Shown here in pieces: positions 11,048 to 23,449 of a stretch of 39,853 nucleotides of DNA. A program made the translations under genes and the position numbers. The stretch is from positions 1 through 39,853 of the forward strand of contig NW_025214154.1 of assembly GCF_004010195.1 (NCBI RefSeq), read 5' to 3'. This DNA comes from Chiloscyllium plagiosum (Eukaryota). The number at the start of each line of letters is the position of its first letter. The first letter of the stretch is position 1. Under the pieces are notes generated by a model that worked only from the letters and a program-made list of their open reading frames with translations, was not told the origin of the DNA and made no database searches.

Positions 11048-11228
11048 GGTTAGGTGGATCAGTCATGCTAAATTGCTCATGGTGTTCAGGGGTGTGTAGG
11101 TTAGGTGCATTGGCCAGGGGTAAATGTAATGGGGTAGGGGATTGGGTCAGGGTGGGTTACTCTACGGAGCGTTCGTGTGGACTTGTTGGGCCGAAGGGCC
11201 TGCTGCCAGACTGTAGGGAATCTATGAG
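11048..11228 (+). mobile_element. HE1-type SINE 3' half, within the PLE
   Basis: Reverse-complement match to 14167-14330; ends in tagggaatctatga next to the assembly gap. Confidence 0.75.
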
Positions 11229-11424
11229 NNNNNNNNNNNNNNNNNNNNNNNNNNNNNNNNNNNNNNNNNNNNNNNNNNNNNNNNNNNNNNNNNNNNNNNN
11301 NNNNNNNNNNNNNNNNNNNNNNNNNNNNNNNNNNNNNNNNNNNNNNNNNNNNNNNNNNNNNNNNNNNNNNNNNNNNNNNNNNNNNNNNNNNNNNNNNNNN
11401 NNNNNNNNNNNNNNNNNNNNNNNN
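11229..11424. other. Assembly gap (196 N)
   Basis: Run of n characters. Confidence 1.
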
Positions 11425-12090
11425 TATAAAGAAGGAGGCCATCTGGTGTGTTCTGTGGTAGAACTGGTCCTCCTGGAAGCAGATACGGCCGAGGCGGAGG
11501 TATTGGGAATCGGGAAGTCATTTTTGAAGGAGGTAGGGTGGGATGACGTGTTATCCAGTTAGCTGTGGGAGCCGGTGAGATTGTAAAAAATGTCAGTGTC
11601 AAGTCGGTCAAGATGGAGATGGAGAGGTCCAGGAACGGGAGAGAGGTGTCAGAGATGGTCCAGGTGAATTTAAGGTCGGGGTGGAATGTGTTGGTGAAGC
11701 TGATGAACTGCTCAACCTCCTCGCGGGAGCACGAGGTGGCGCCGATGCAGTCATCAATGTAGCAGAGGAAGACGTGGGGAGTGGTGCCAGTGTAACTACG
11801 GAAGATGGACTGTTCTACATAGCCGACAAAAGAGACAGGCATAGCTGGGGCCCATATGGGTGCCCATGGCTACCCCTTTGGTCTGGAGGAAGTGGGAGGA
11901 TTCGAAGGACCAGTTCAGCCAAACGAATGAGAGTGTCGGTGGAAGGGTACTGTTGGGGATGTCGGGAGAGGAAGAAACAGAGGGCTTGGAGGCCCTGGTC
12001 ATGGCGGATGGAGGTGTAGAGGGATTGGATGTCCATGGTGAAGATGAGGCCTTAGGGGCCAGGGAAACGGAAGTCTTGGAGGAGGTGGAG
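11425..12090 (-). pseudogene. PLE reverse transcriptase remnant (probably Neptune-like)
   Basis: MDIQSLYTSI, FLQTKGVAMGTHMGPSYACLF, YIDD (11750-11761), HPDLKFTW and LPFLDLSI motifs spread over three frames. Confidence 0.88.
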
Positions 12091-12285
12091 AGCTTAGCAC
12101 TGTCCTCATGACCTGTCCTACCTGCCAATCTCCCTTCCCACCTATCTGCTCCACCTTCCCCTCTGACCTATACCTCCATCCCCACCCCCATTCACGTACT
12201 GTACTCTTTGCTACCTTCTCCCCAGCCCCAACGCCCCCACCCCCGCCCCCCATTTATCTCTTCACTCTGGACGCTTCCTGCCTCT

Positions 12286-12321
12286 ATTCCTGATGAAGGG
12301 CTTTTGCCCGAAACATCGATT
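12286..12321 (+). ncRNA. Hammerhead motif (AUC variant)
   Basis: CTGATGA (12290-12296), A, GGGC-TTTT-GCCC, GAAA, CATC. Confidence 0.72.
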
Positions 12322-13174
12322 TTCCTGCTCCTCGGATGCTGCCTGACCTGCTGTGCTTACTCAGTTCTGTTTCTGGTCCCCTTCAGGATGTTGCTGATAG
12401 CAGGATTCAATGATGATGATACTATTAATGTCAAAGGGAGATCTTTAGAGTCTCTCTTGTTAGAGATCATCATTAGCACTTGTGTGGCCAAATAATATTT
12501 AAATTTAAATTCCATTGGTTGTAATGGTGAAATTTGAACCTATGTCCCCAAAACATTAGCTTAGGCCTCTCAATTAGTAGCCAATAAATATTTTGCAATT
12601 TAGGTAGGTTTTTAAACAAAATTATGGCACCTTTCAGGTGGTAACCTTGAAGGATGCCTTTAAGGATTGCTGGCTGAGTCTCTGATTGGCAGATTTACTG
12701 ACCATAAGATGTAAAAGCAAGCTGTTGTCAGTCCGAGTCCAATATCACAAAGGGCCTAAAACAGACGTTAGGTTCCAGAGTTGCCTATGCAGTTAACATG
12801 AACAATTCTGGATGCTTAGGAAGCAGACCAAATAAATACAGGGATGATGTACATCAAATACTAGCTCAGCACATACACACTACCGCCATGTTGAACATTT
12901 TATCCTATGCAATGGGAGCAGGCCCATTCACCTTCTAGATCAATTTTTTCAGTGACAGCAGTTGATGCAGAACTCAAATGAAGATTGAGACAAGCAGATA
13001 GCCTCAGTTTTTCTTCCCCCTCGCACCCCCTGAAGATTTAAAGGTTATTTTAGAGTCTTACTAAGGAGGAGGACTATTCTGTGGTAAGGAAACTGGAGTG
13101 GTAACTGTATGATTAGATATTCCATGTCCTCTGTCAAATTATAAGACCTACTTTACTGAAAAGAAAGAGCAAGA

Positions 13175-13530
13175 ACAGAGGAAGTGATAGAGGCAAGTAC
13201 AATTACAACATTTAAAAAGCATTTGGACAGGTACATGGATAAGAAAAGTTTAGAGGGATTTGGGCCAAATACAGGCAGTTTAGTTTAGGAAACCTGATCA
13301 GCATGGACAAGTTGGGCCGAAGGGCATGCTTCCATGCTGTATGCCTCTATAACATAGGAAATAGAAGCAGGAGTAGGCCATTCGGCCCATTGGGCATGCT
13401 CTGTCATTCAATAACACCATAGCTGATCTGGCTGTGACCTCAATTTCACTTTCCGAAGCTGACCCCTAACCGGGGACTTCCTTATGGATCAAAAATCTGT
13501 CTAACTTCACCTTGAATATAGACAAAGACT
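13175..13530. mobile_element. Tail-to-tail CR1-type 3' fragments (+ 13175-13352; - 13353-13530)
   Basis: agaggaagtgatagaggcaagtacaattacaacatttaaaaagcatttgga...gggccgaaggg, then ataggaaatagaagcaggagtaggccattcggccc. Confidence 0.65.
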
Positions 13531-14061
13531 CTGAAATGCAATGAGGCACCTTTTTAATTTTTTTGATAGCACTTTTAAAATGGCTATATAAATAGGATTC
13601 ACAGTTTATTGCAAGTAGGAAAGCTGCCAAAAATAACAACAATAATTACAAACTATAATGCTTATGTGCAGTCTTCCTGATATTCAGTTTTTATTCCCTG
13701 AATTCAGGTCAGAAAGTTAATCAGAATCAACAGTAACTAAATTTATTTTAGGGTCAAAGGCTTGGAATCAGAAAAGTTGTATAGTTGATAAAATAATTTT
13801 GAAATACATGTATGCAATATTTAAGTCATGAAGAATTGTATTGTTAAAAGGTGTTGATGTGCATCATTTGACTTGCTATCAGCATTTCTTCCCTTGCAGA
13901 GTTTGTTTAGCTATCTCTAGTGAATAAAAGGGGGCTAAAGTTGAACTCTATGTGAACCTGGCAATTGGTATGAGTGAGATGCACCCTCACTATAAACAGG
14001 GAAAGCATCATTGCAGAAAGCACTCAGTCATTGATGACGTTCCAGGTTTTAGTCAGCATCA

Positions 14062-14785
14062 CCCATGGCTTAGTGTGTAGCACAGTTGCCTCTGAGTCAC
14101 AGATTCTGGGACCAGATCCCACTCCTTTCCAGGGGTTGAGTGCAAAAGTCAAGATTGACAATCTCTTAGAATCCCTACAGTATGGAAATAGGTCCTTCAG
14201 CCCAACAAGTCCACACCAACCCTCTGAAGAGTATCCCACCCAAACCCATTCCTCTACATTTACCCCTGACGAGTGCACCTAACCTGCACACCCCTGAACA
14301 TTATGGGGCAATTCAGCTTGGCCAATTCATCTTTGGATTGTGGGAGGAAACCAGAGCACCAGGAGGAAAACCAGGCAGACACGGGGAGAATGTGCAAACT
14401 CCACACAGACAGTCACCTGAGGATGGAATCAAACCCAGGTCCCTGGCGTTGTGAGGCAGCAGTGCTAACCACTGAGCCACCATTCTGCCCTGTTAGTGCT
14501 GCACTGTTGGAGATGTGGCCTTGCAGGTGAGGTGTTAAACTAAAGCCCCTTCTGCTAGTTTAGGTACATGGGAACTGACCAACATTTATCCCTCACTCAA
14601 CATCTCTGAAGCAAATTATCTTGCCAATATTGTATTGCAGCTTGTGGGAGCTTGCTGTGCAAAATTGGCCACTGAATTTCCCACATTACAACAGTGATTA
14701 TATTTCAAACACATTTCATTGACTGTAAAGCGCTTTGAAGCATCTTGTCATTGTGAAAAGAGCTAAATAAATACAAGGTTTTATT
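14062..14785 (+). mobile_element. DeuSINE (SacSINE1-like) split by the HE1 insertion
   Basis: tRNA-like head at 14062-14160. Deu-like body and tail at 14491-14785 (aacatttatccctca...tgtgggagcttgctgtgcaaaattggc...cattgactgtaaagcgctttg). Confidence 0.72.
14167..14490 (-). mobile_element. Near full-length HE1-type (V-SINE) tRNA-derived SINE
   Basis: Minus strand has an A box TGGCTCAGTGG, a B box GGTTTGATTCC, a V-domain-like gtttgcacattctccccgtgtctg segment and a CR1-like tail ending tagggattcta. Confidence 0.88.
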
Positions 14786-14799
14786 TACAAAAAATGTAT

Positions 14800-15110
14800 T
14801 TCGATAGTGTCTTTCTTGCCCTTAGTATGACCCCAGATACATCATGTGCCAATTAAGTATTTTTGATGGGTAGTCACTGTTATAATTTGTGCAGGTTCCT
14901 ACAAATAGAATCAAGGTGGATGACCAGATAATCTGTTTTAATTCTGTTATTAAGATTAATGTTGGCTAAGCCACTGAAAGAATCCATCATACTGCACATA
15001 TCCTGCTTCTTAGCATAGTTTGTTCAAATCTTTCGCACTCATCTGAGGGGCACAGGTAGCCTTGGTTCACTGTTTCCTCTGAAAGGTGGTGCCACCAACA
15101 CTCCCACAAT
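14800..15110 (-). mobile_element. Old DeuSINE-like relic
   Basis: Reverse-complement similarity to 14491-14785 (tgaccagataatctgtttt...ctgagggg...ccttggtt). Confidence 0.55.
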
Positions 15111-15357
15111 GCGATAAATTTATCTTGAATCACTGGGGTGGTTTCAGGACCAATATTCCTGCCCTACCAGTGGTGAAGGACATCTTACTGTGGATTGGAC
15201 ATGTCTTCAAGCAGAGAATTGAAGAGAAGGTGATGTTTAGATCAAGTGGTCAGTCTGTCGAAAAAGACTATCTGGTTTCACTCCGACTTTGGAATTTGTC
15301 TATTCGAGCACTAAATTAAAAGCAGGGTTTGTGGCACTACTTGATACAATTGAACAG

Positions 15358-15956
15358 TAGAGTCATAGAGTAAGAGAGAGTTTCCAGCAGAGCAACAGAC
15401 CCTTCAGTCCATCCCGTCCATGCTGACCAGATATCCCAAATTAATCTAATCCTATTTGCCAGCAGTTGGCCCAAATCCATCTAAACTCTTCCTATTCATA
15501 TACCCATCCAAATGCCTTTTAAATGTTGTACTTGTACCAGCCACCATCACGTCCTCTAGCAACTCATTCCATAGATGCATCACCCTCTGTGTGAAAAGGT
15601 TGCCCCTTCAGGTCCCTTTTAAATATTTTCCCTCTCACTGTAAACCTATACCTTCTAGTTCTGGATTCCCCCACTCCAGGGAAAAGACCTTGTCTATTTA
15701 CCCTATCCATGCCCCTCATGGTGTTATAAACATCTATAAAGTCACCCTTTAGCCTTGACATTCCAGGGAAAACAGCCCCAGTCTATTCAGCCTCTCCCGA
15801 TGTCTCAAACCTTTCAACCCTGGCAACATCCTTGTAAATTCTTTTTTGAACCCTTTCAAGTTTCACAACTTCCTTCCTATAGGAAGGAGATCAGAATTGC
15901 ACACAATATTCCAAAAGTGGCCTAATCAATGTCCTGTACAGCCGCAACATGACCTT
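15358..15956 (-). mobile_element. CR1/HER1 LINE 3' fragment
   Basis: RLKGDFIDVYNTMRGMDRVNRQGLFP translation, tagagtcatagag tail, and strong similarity to 38965-39555. Confidence 0.88.
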
Positions 15957-16078
15957 GTTGAGTTGAGGTGAGGGAGAAATTGAGCACTATTGCAAGAGGC
16001 AAATAGCCTCATTTTAGTAATGGATAGAATAAGGCTTTAAAGTATGCCTCAGGGTAAAAGCAAACATCCAGGTTTGCT

Positions 16079-16222
16079 CCACCCCTCTCCCATTTCTCTC
16101 TCAGCCTCCTTGGGCCACCTCCTCATTCCTGATGAAGAGCTTATGCTCGAAACATCGATCCTCCTGGTCCTCGGATGCTATCTGACCAGCTGTGCTTTTC
16201 CAGCACCCCACTCTTTGACTTT
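16079..16222 (+). mobile_element. PLE pseudo-LTR fragment
   Basis: Similar to 12240-12360. Confidence 0.72.
16125..16160 (+). ncRNA. Hammerhead motif with covarying stem II
   Basis: CTGATGA (16129-16135), A, GAGC-TTAT-GCTC, GAAA (16149-16152), CATC. Confidence 0.75.
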
Positions 16223-16649
16223 TGTCTGAACTAGCCTCAGGAGGTGGCTAGGGAAAGGGTGTCAATAGCATTTTTATTGTGAGATTTGGAGAATGGAAAT
16301 ATTGTCCCATGTGGGGGTGGCTTGGGTTTATATACAATGGTTTCTCTGGTCTCTGTAGCTTCCAGCAGCTCCAAGCCTGCCCAGATACTGCATTTGTCAA
16401 TTCTAGCCTTTTCAGCAAACACGATTAAATCTCATGTTTGAATTAATCCACTATGAGTGGTCAAACTTGTTTGAGCAAATTTTCAGCCAATCAGCAAGGA
16501 TGTTTAGCAGTTCAGCATACCGGTGTTATGGAATGCGACATGGTTCAATCTCACACTGAGACCTATTCATGAAGATTTCACCGAAGTCAGTTATTCAGAA
16601 GAAGCAAACATGGATGGACATAACTGACCAGAAACCAGTATTAGCCATC

Positions 16650-17030
16650 TCAGCTATGACCCCCAGTTGATAGCACTCTCACCACCGAGTCAGAAAACTG
16701 TTGGGAGGTTAAGTGGGTTTAAGAGCAAAATATCTATGCTGACTCAACAGTGCGGTACCAAGCAAGCCTTCACTGTCAGAGGTACTGTCTTTCCAGTGAC
16801 ATGCTGGACCATTTGCCTTTTTGGATAGTGACAAAGGATCCTGTGACAATGTTTTGACATGGAAACAGAGGTATTCTGTTTGGTGTCTTGACCAACATTC
16901 ATCCCTGGAATAACATCACTACAGTAGATCAACTGGTCTTTGCATTATTATTATGGGAGCTTTCTGTTCACTAATTGTCTTTTACATTTTGTAAATTGGC
17001 TACACTTTAAAAAGTTCTTCATTCAAACGA
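16650..17030 (+). mobile_element. Old DeuSINE-like relic
   Basis: tagcactctcaccaccgagtcagaa head followed by cactgtcagaggtactgtcttt, accaacattcatccct and gggagcttt blocks. Confidence 0.55.
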
Positions 17031-17432
17031 GGTTTGGATAAGTGTTTTTGAAGGAAAATAATTTAATGAGTAATGGTGAATACAGGGGAGTGGAATTAAT
17101 TGAATAGTTCCACCATAGACATGATGGCTGAATGGCTAATGCAGACTGACTCAGGTACTGTGTGATTATAGTATTGTCAGAGGTATCAACAACACCCCAT
17201 GGTGATCTTTCAAAGATCCGGGGTGTTATCTCCAGTGTCTTGTCAGTGTTTGTCCCACTCTAAACATCATAAAAACACAGATGATATAGTCATTATCACA
17301 TTGTTTTTCCTCCTGAAAGTATGCCATACCTAATTCGCTAATATTTAATGCACATCCCTAATGGCACTTGAGAAGGTGGTAGTGAGCTGCCTTCTTGAAA
17401 CCCTGCAGTAATCTGATGTTGGTAGACTCACA

Positions 17433-17680
17433 GTGCTCTCAGAGAGGATTTTGATCTGACGACACTGAAGAAAGTATGGTATAATTCTGAGTCTGAATGG
17501 TATTTGACTTGGAGGGAATCTTGCAAGCAGTGGTTGTAGAGGTCTCGGGTTTGGGGGTGCTCTCAGAGAGGATTTTGATCTGACGACACTGAAGGAAGTA
17601 TGGTATAATTCTGAGTCTGAATGGTATTTGACTTGGAGGGAATCTTGCAAGCAGTGGTTGTAGAGGTCTCGGGTTTGGGA
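17433..17680. repeat. 124-bp tandem duplication inside a LINE relic
   Basis: 17433-17556 and 17557-17680 are identical except for about 2 positions. Confidence 0.95.
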
Positions 17681-19579
17681 AATAATGTTGAAGGTGCCTT
17701 GGTGAGTTGCTGTGTATCTTACGTTACAACAGTGACAACGTTTCATTAACAATTAGCTGCAAAATCCTTTAGGAGGGCCTAAGGTTGTGAGGGGTGTGAT
17801 ATAAATGTAGACTCTTTATTTTGTTAATCCTCTCAAAACAAGAGAGAAAGCTCCCATAATGTACTTGTGCAAACCTTTTGGGCAGATTACACAATCTGAA
17901 TCTGAATCTGAAACAAGCACTTACTAAATGTAAAAAAAAGCTCCAACAGTTAAATATCTGAGAATGTGAGGCTCTTCTGGAAAAATATTTTCTGTTGACC
18001 AGCCAGGCAGACTGGTGGATGGGTTCCAAGTCATCTGGAATCAGGGACACTCAGATCTTTAAAGATTTGGCTCACTGCTCCTGCATTAATGAGCTATCTG
18101 TTCCCTGATCCAAACTAGAGGCTTTGGTCTATTTTCACAGGCCAACAAGGGTTGCCCTAGTGTCATCAAACAAGAATCAACAGAACAAATTCCCCTTTTA
18201 AGGCACCAACAAATGTAAGGAAGGAATGAATGGGAGAATCAACCTAAACATTTCCCACCCAAAGCACAATAAAACTCTCAATAAAAGCAAATGGTAGCTT
18301 CTGAACTGAACCATCATGTTGTTCTTTGTGTTATTTCATCCACCATCTTTAACACTCATTTTCTCCACTACTGGTACAGTATGTCTGCATTGTGAGCCAT
18401 TTACCAGAAACAGTGCAGCCATGTGTCAAACTCCTTTGCCAGTTTCTTTCAGACCTGTGACTTCTACCACCTAAGAGGACAAGGGCATGAGAACAACACC
18501 ACCTGCAATTTCCCCTCCAAACCACACACCATCCTGACTTGGAACATTTAGGTGATGCTCGGTCAAAACCTCCCTCCCTAGCAGCACTGTGGGAGTACCT
18601 ATGCCATAAAAACTACAGGAAGGTAGCTGCCTCCACCTTCTCAAGTTCAACTGGGGTTGAACACATGTTATAACCTGTAGTGCCCAACAATCAATAAAGG
18701 CCTGATGCATACCATCAAGAGTTTGGAACGGAAGGGGGAATTGCACGGTATTAACAACACAGAAACAGGCAAACAGCCCAACCAGTCTTGGGTGTGCTTT
18801 GAAGGTGGGCATGAGGAAATTACTGACATAATAGAAGCCTCTAAAGACCAGTGGATACCACAGGGGCTAGGATGAACCAACATCCTTAACAATGACATTT
18901 TGATACAATTTTGAAGAGTTAAATCCGTTAATTGCTTCTATCCCCAGATGCTACCAGACCTGCTGAGTTTCTCCATTACTTTCTGTTTTTATTTCAGCTT
19001 GAAATACACAGCGAGTGGTTTGGGTCTGGAAAGCACTGCCTGTATGATTATAAGTAGGGTCAATGAGGGAATTGAAACTGAGAAAAAATATACAGAGGAA
19101 AGGTGCGGAGTGGCTCGACGTGAATTGCTCCCTCAGAGCCAGCACAGCTATGATAGACTGACTGGCCTCTTTCTGTTCTGTAACAAATCGGTGATTATAT
19201 TTTGGTCAAAACAGATGACCTAGCACTTGTCCTGCTGCTGTCTGTGGGATCTTGCTATGCACAAACTACCTGCTGCCTTTCCTGCTTCCAACAGCAATTG
19301 TAACTCATTGGCCGCAGTATATCCTGTGAAAGGTGCTATGCAAATGAAGGTCTTCATTTTCTGCTGCATCCACACAAGGAATTAAGGGATAAGGGGACAG
19401 TGTGGGTAAGTGGTGTTGAAATGCCCATCAGCCATGATTGAATGGCAGAGTGGACTCGATGGGCCAAATGGCCTTACTTCCACTCCTATTTCTCGCCTCA
19501 TCCAGCACCCCCCTCCCCCACACACACACACCTGTATCTAGCCCTTTGGGATTTTCCTCCTCACTTTTGATCATAGGAT

Positions 19580-19868
19580 GAACAGCCAGGGAAGGCAAGT
19601 CCACAACAGGACATAGGTTTAGGGTGAGAGGGGCAAGGTTTAAAAGGGACCTGTGGGACAACTTTTTCACTCAGAGGGTGGTGCGTGTATGGAATGAGCT
19701 GCCAGAGAAAGTGGTACAATTACAACATTAAAAAGGCATTTGGATGGGTATATGAATAGGAAGAGTTTAGAGGGATAAGGGCCAAACGCTGGCAAATGGG
19801 ACGAGATAGGATATCTGGACGAGTTGGACCGAAGGGTCAGTTTCCATGCTTGTACGGCTCGATGATTC
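19580..19868 (+). mobile_element. CR1/HER1 3' fragment
   Basis: ggacataggtttagggtgagaggggcaagg...tggaatgagctgccagag...ttggaccgaagggtc. Confidence 0.8.
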
Positions 19869-19869
19869 A

Positions 19870-22800
19870 TTCCCGCCTCTCTCCTACGCTGCTTCGCAGG
19901 ACTACTGTGCCCAGAGTGCTTTTCAAGGAGACTGTCTTGTGCAACTCACTGGCGCACACCCATCCATTCCCTGTCCCTCTCCCCTCCCCATTGCGATCAC
20001 CGTGGTACCGGCCTCCCTGCTTGACGTGATGCCGGAGCTGCCCTATGGAGACCGAGCTGAGTGGTTCAGCTCCGCCTGCTGCTCAGGAAGCTGTAGGCTG
20101 ATGTTAATGTAGTCGGCACGATTCAGGGGGAGAGAGAGTGAGTGAGTGAGACACACAACGCAGACACACACAGAATTACCAGCAGCTGCTCGCTCAGGGT
20201 AGCAAGCCGTGGAATGAACTTGTCGGAGACTTGAGAAGGGTAGTAACAGTAGCAATAGTCCGTTACTCTACTCCAAAGTGGATTTTAAGCCTGAGCGAAC
20301 ATTGCAAGATGCTGCTGGTCTCTCAGCGGGTTGAAGCACCTCGCATGGAGCAGCACATCTCGGTGAGTACAATCCCCCAACTTGCCTTTTATTTTAAAAA
20401 AAAATCTTCCGCACCGGCTTGTCTGCTGCTCAGGTCAATTTGAAGATTGAAAGAAAGAGAATCGGATGAGAGAGGAAAAGAGAGAGTGGGAGAGAGAGAG
20501 AGAGAGACTGATCCTGTGTAGTTAGAAATCTCCGAAGAACAGTAAGAGCCGAGAGGGCTAAACAGAATCCCTTTAGAAAGCAGCATCGCGTCGTGGATAA
20601 CCAGAATTAATCCAGACTGAGGGAGTTTGTCGTTCGTATGATTTTTTTTTAAAAAGCAGTGAAATCTCAATAGGTTCGTCCAGCATCAGCTCCCCCCGGG
20701 GGGCACTCTCTCCAGTGACAATCACTAAATGTTGCGAAAGATGTGTGTGTGTCTGTATAAATATATTTCCTGTTTTTGTCTATTGTGATCCATCTCGGCG
20801 TCTGGCACCTTGTAGTTTATCTGTGTAATTAATAATCTGTTAGCAGCTTCCGATTCAAGAACAGGCGGGGGAGAAGAAACTGCAGGCTGGTTTATCCAGG
20901 ATTAGGAATGGCTGCGCAGGGATTAAAGAGGATTTTATTATTTTTGAAACTAGCAATAAACTCTTGTTCTATAAACATTGCTTTTGTGTCGCCCTCGCTC
21001 AGTCACTCACCCTCTCAATCACTCTCTCTCTAGTTTGGGGATGTGTATTGGCCAGAGAATTTTTTTTCCCTTTTTTTTGAAAATGTGGTTGATTTTGAAG
21101 GAGCCAGCAACAAGCTCCTCTTTGTCTCTCGTTATCAGTGGGGTGTCATCAGTGTCTGAGGCGGACAGGTTACCTGGGGAGAAACGATCACGAAGAAGAT
21201 TTAAATGCCTTTTTTAAAGGAACGAAGGCTTCTAGTTCGTTCTAAATTTCCTGGCGCGCTCACACACTCTCGAGAAGGGATGCGTTTTGTTGTCAAACTG
21301 CAGCGGCGTCTAGCTCTTATTGTTGTGTATTAGGATCGTATGCAATTGGTGTTTTTTTTTAAGAAAGCAAATTGTGTGTGTGTTTGATATGGTCAGTTGA
21401 TCTTGGGTTGTGAAGTTGAATAAGGACGTGGTGGGAAGATCATTCTGACCCAAGAATACTGGATTAACTTCGGTTTGATTTCTCATTTTCACACAAGAAA
21501 ATCATTGTTGCAGATGTGTGTTTTTTTTTCAAATAGAAACGGGCCAGTGTTTGTTGTTAACTCCTGTCGTCCATTGGTTCTCGGTTGTAACATTTCAGCA
21601 CAGATTTTTTTTCTCTTGTGTAGCTAAAGAGGGCTGGACTGAGAGGGTGGGGGGAGGGAGGGAGCCGGGCTGTGTTTAAATCTTCCGAAACTTGTGGATC
21701 GGGAACAGGAGGAGACACACGCAGAGAGAGAGAGAGAAAAAAATCGCCCTCCTTATTACAGCGAAGGGGAAGCAGCGTTTAGTGTGCGGCTGGTGGCGGG
21801 CCTCTGGTATCTGTGTGGGGCTGGGTTTATGATAATGAAGTTTGCAAATGGCCTGCACTCTCGGAGCCGCGGAATATTGAGTCACCCAGATTAAAGTTGG
21901 AGAAGTGAACACTTATTCATTCAGCGAGGTGACGGCGGGGGGAGTTGCGCTGTTTCCGTGCAGAGTGCCCTTGAATGTACGTCACATTTACTCTGGCTCC
22001 CAGGAAACCGAGCAGAATGGGAGCTCAGAGCTGAAGGAGGTGGCCCCAGAAATAACAATCACAGAAAACCTGAGGCAGTGTTTCAAAACATTCTCCCTCT
22101 CCCCTCCTCCCTCTCCTTTTTAAAAAATATCCTCTTGGCTCCCTACATGTTTTGAATCACAGCCCTAGGAACCGAGAGTGTGAGGTTTTCTCTTTGATCT
22201 TTATTTGGGAGCTAATTCCAATTTTGTTCTCTGTTTCAAAAAGAGATTGCAATCATTTGCAAGATGATTTTTTTATGCCTATACATATTGTAAAGAACGC
22301 CCCCGGGATGTAAAGAGGGCCTGTGAAATGTACTGACAAGTACATAATGCAATCTGAATTTGCTGATATTTCATATTACCGCCCAGTTATTGCTGAGGGC
22401 ACTCCAGCTATTGTGTCTTTAAAGTGAGCAGGCTTCAGTGTCTGAGTCTGAAGTGCTGAGAGATGTAGGCCTATCGAAAAGGCAGGTTACAGAGGGGTGG
22501 AAGGGAGTTACATTCTGATTTCATATTTTAAAGGGAGGAAGCTTTCAGTCTCTCTCTCTGGTGAGTTCCATATCCTGTATTGCTCTAGCTTTACATTAAG
22601 CATTGGAACCGCTCACTGCAGCATATGGGCCCCGAAGTGGAGAGGAGGCTGGCATGGCCTTGAACCTAACTGGGCAGCTGTTTCCTGCCATCACAGGGAA
22701 CATGTGAGGTTCCATTGAAGGATGGCAGCCGGGCTCGGACGAATATTGGCTGGACTCAGGGGGTAGAGGGAGCCTGGGCTCTGGTCTTGTGCGTGGGAAG

Positions 22801-23200
22801 TAACGATGCACTGACTGAATGCAACTCCAATTTAGGAAGCATGACTTTTACTTATTTTTTAAAAAAGTAATGTTTTCCTGCTGACGTGCATGGCAGGGTT
22901 GTGTGGGTTGGAAACGTCACTGATCTTCCAAAGGCTTTAGGCGGAAGTATGTCTCCAGTGTATTCGAGTCAGTGTCTGGCAGTGTCAATGTTTCCTCTTG
23001 TTTGTGTCACATCTCGAGTTGCCCCATTTACAGCACAGCAGATAGATCCTCGCTCTCCGCGCAGATATGATCGCTCACTCGGTATTTTTAGTGACGAAAT
23101 CTCAACCGTGGCTTTAAACCGATCCCAACCCCTTTCAAGGGTCAGTACTTAATTGCATAACGACGCCCGGTCAAAGGGCAGTCATTTGTGAACTGCCATA
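19870..23200. promoter_or_regulatory. CpG-enriched, TE-free promoter/first-exon region
   Basis: CpG density is visibly above the flanks, no repeat relics were recognised, a CRE-like TGACGTGA lies at 20022-20029, and GA/CA microsatellites are present. Confidence 0.6.
20309..20362 (+). CDS. Candidate first coding exon (MLLVSQRVEAPRMEQHIS, phase 0) of an unidentified host gene
   Basis: ATG with A at -3 (aagATG), 18 open codons and a consensus donor CG|GTGAGT at 20363-20368, inside the CpG-rich region. The exon could instead be non-coding. Confidence 0.45.
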
Positions 23201-23398
23201 AAGGGATTATTATGGTGTTTCAAACAGGATCTAGAATGTGTGCGGTTTAAGATATATTCCCATGTTTGGGCCAACCATGATGCGTCGCTTTCACTTCTTC
23301 TGCCTTGGGTGCTGCAGACACATTCGCCTGTATTGTCTTCAAATGTATCATGGAGCAATGTTTGTTTTCTCTACACGAATAACAATCTATCCAGTATT

Positions 23399-23449
23399 TT
23401 GGATTAGTGGTGCTGGAAGAGCACAGCAGTTCAGGTAGCATCTTTACCT
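23399..23449 (-). mobile_element. 51-bp PLE terminal mini-insertion with 15-bp TSD
   Basis: Reverse complement of 6662-6703, flanked by AATCTATCCAGTATT at 23384-23398 and 23450-23464. Confidence 0.8.

Larger units (their letters stand above)
10656..12361 (-). mobile_element. Penelope-like retroelement, 5'-truncated, with inverted pseudo-LTRs and a 15-bp TSD
   Basis: RT remnant at 11425-12090 and ORF terminus LQPQGINVDFTSFL at ~11006-11048. pLTR at ~10656-11000 (-) with an inverted copy at ~12097-12361 (+). Flanked by identical CAGTTCTGTTTCTGG at 10641-10655 and 12362-12376. Confidence 0.88.

Noticed and set aside
11065..11842. Long ORFs spanning 11229-11424
   Set aside because: Their length is an artefact of reading through N; only the PLE RT part is meaningful.
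14400..14490. tRNA gene
   Set aside because: The A/B boxes belong to the tRNA-derived head of an HE1-type SINE, with body and tail attached.
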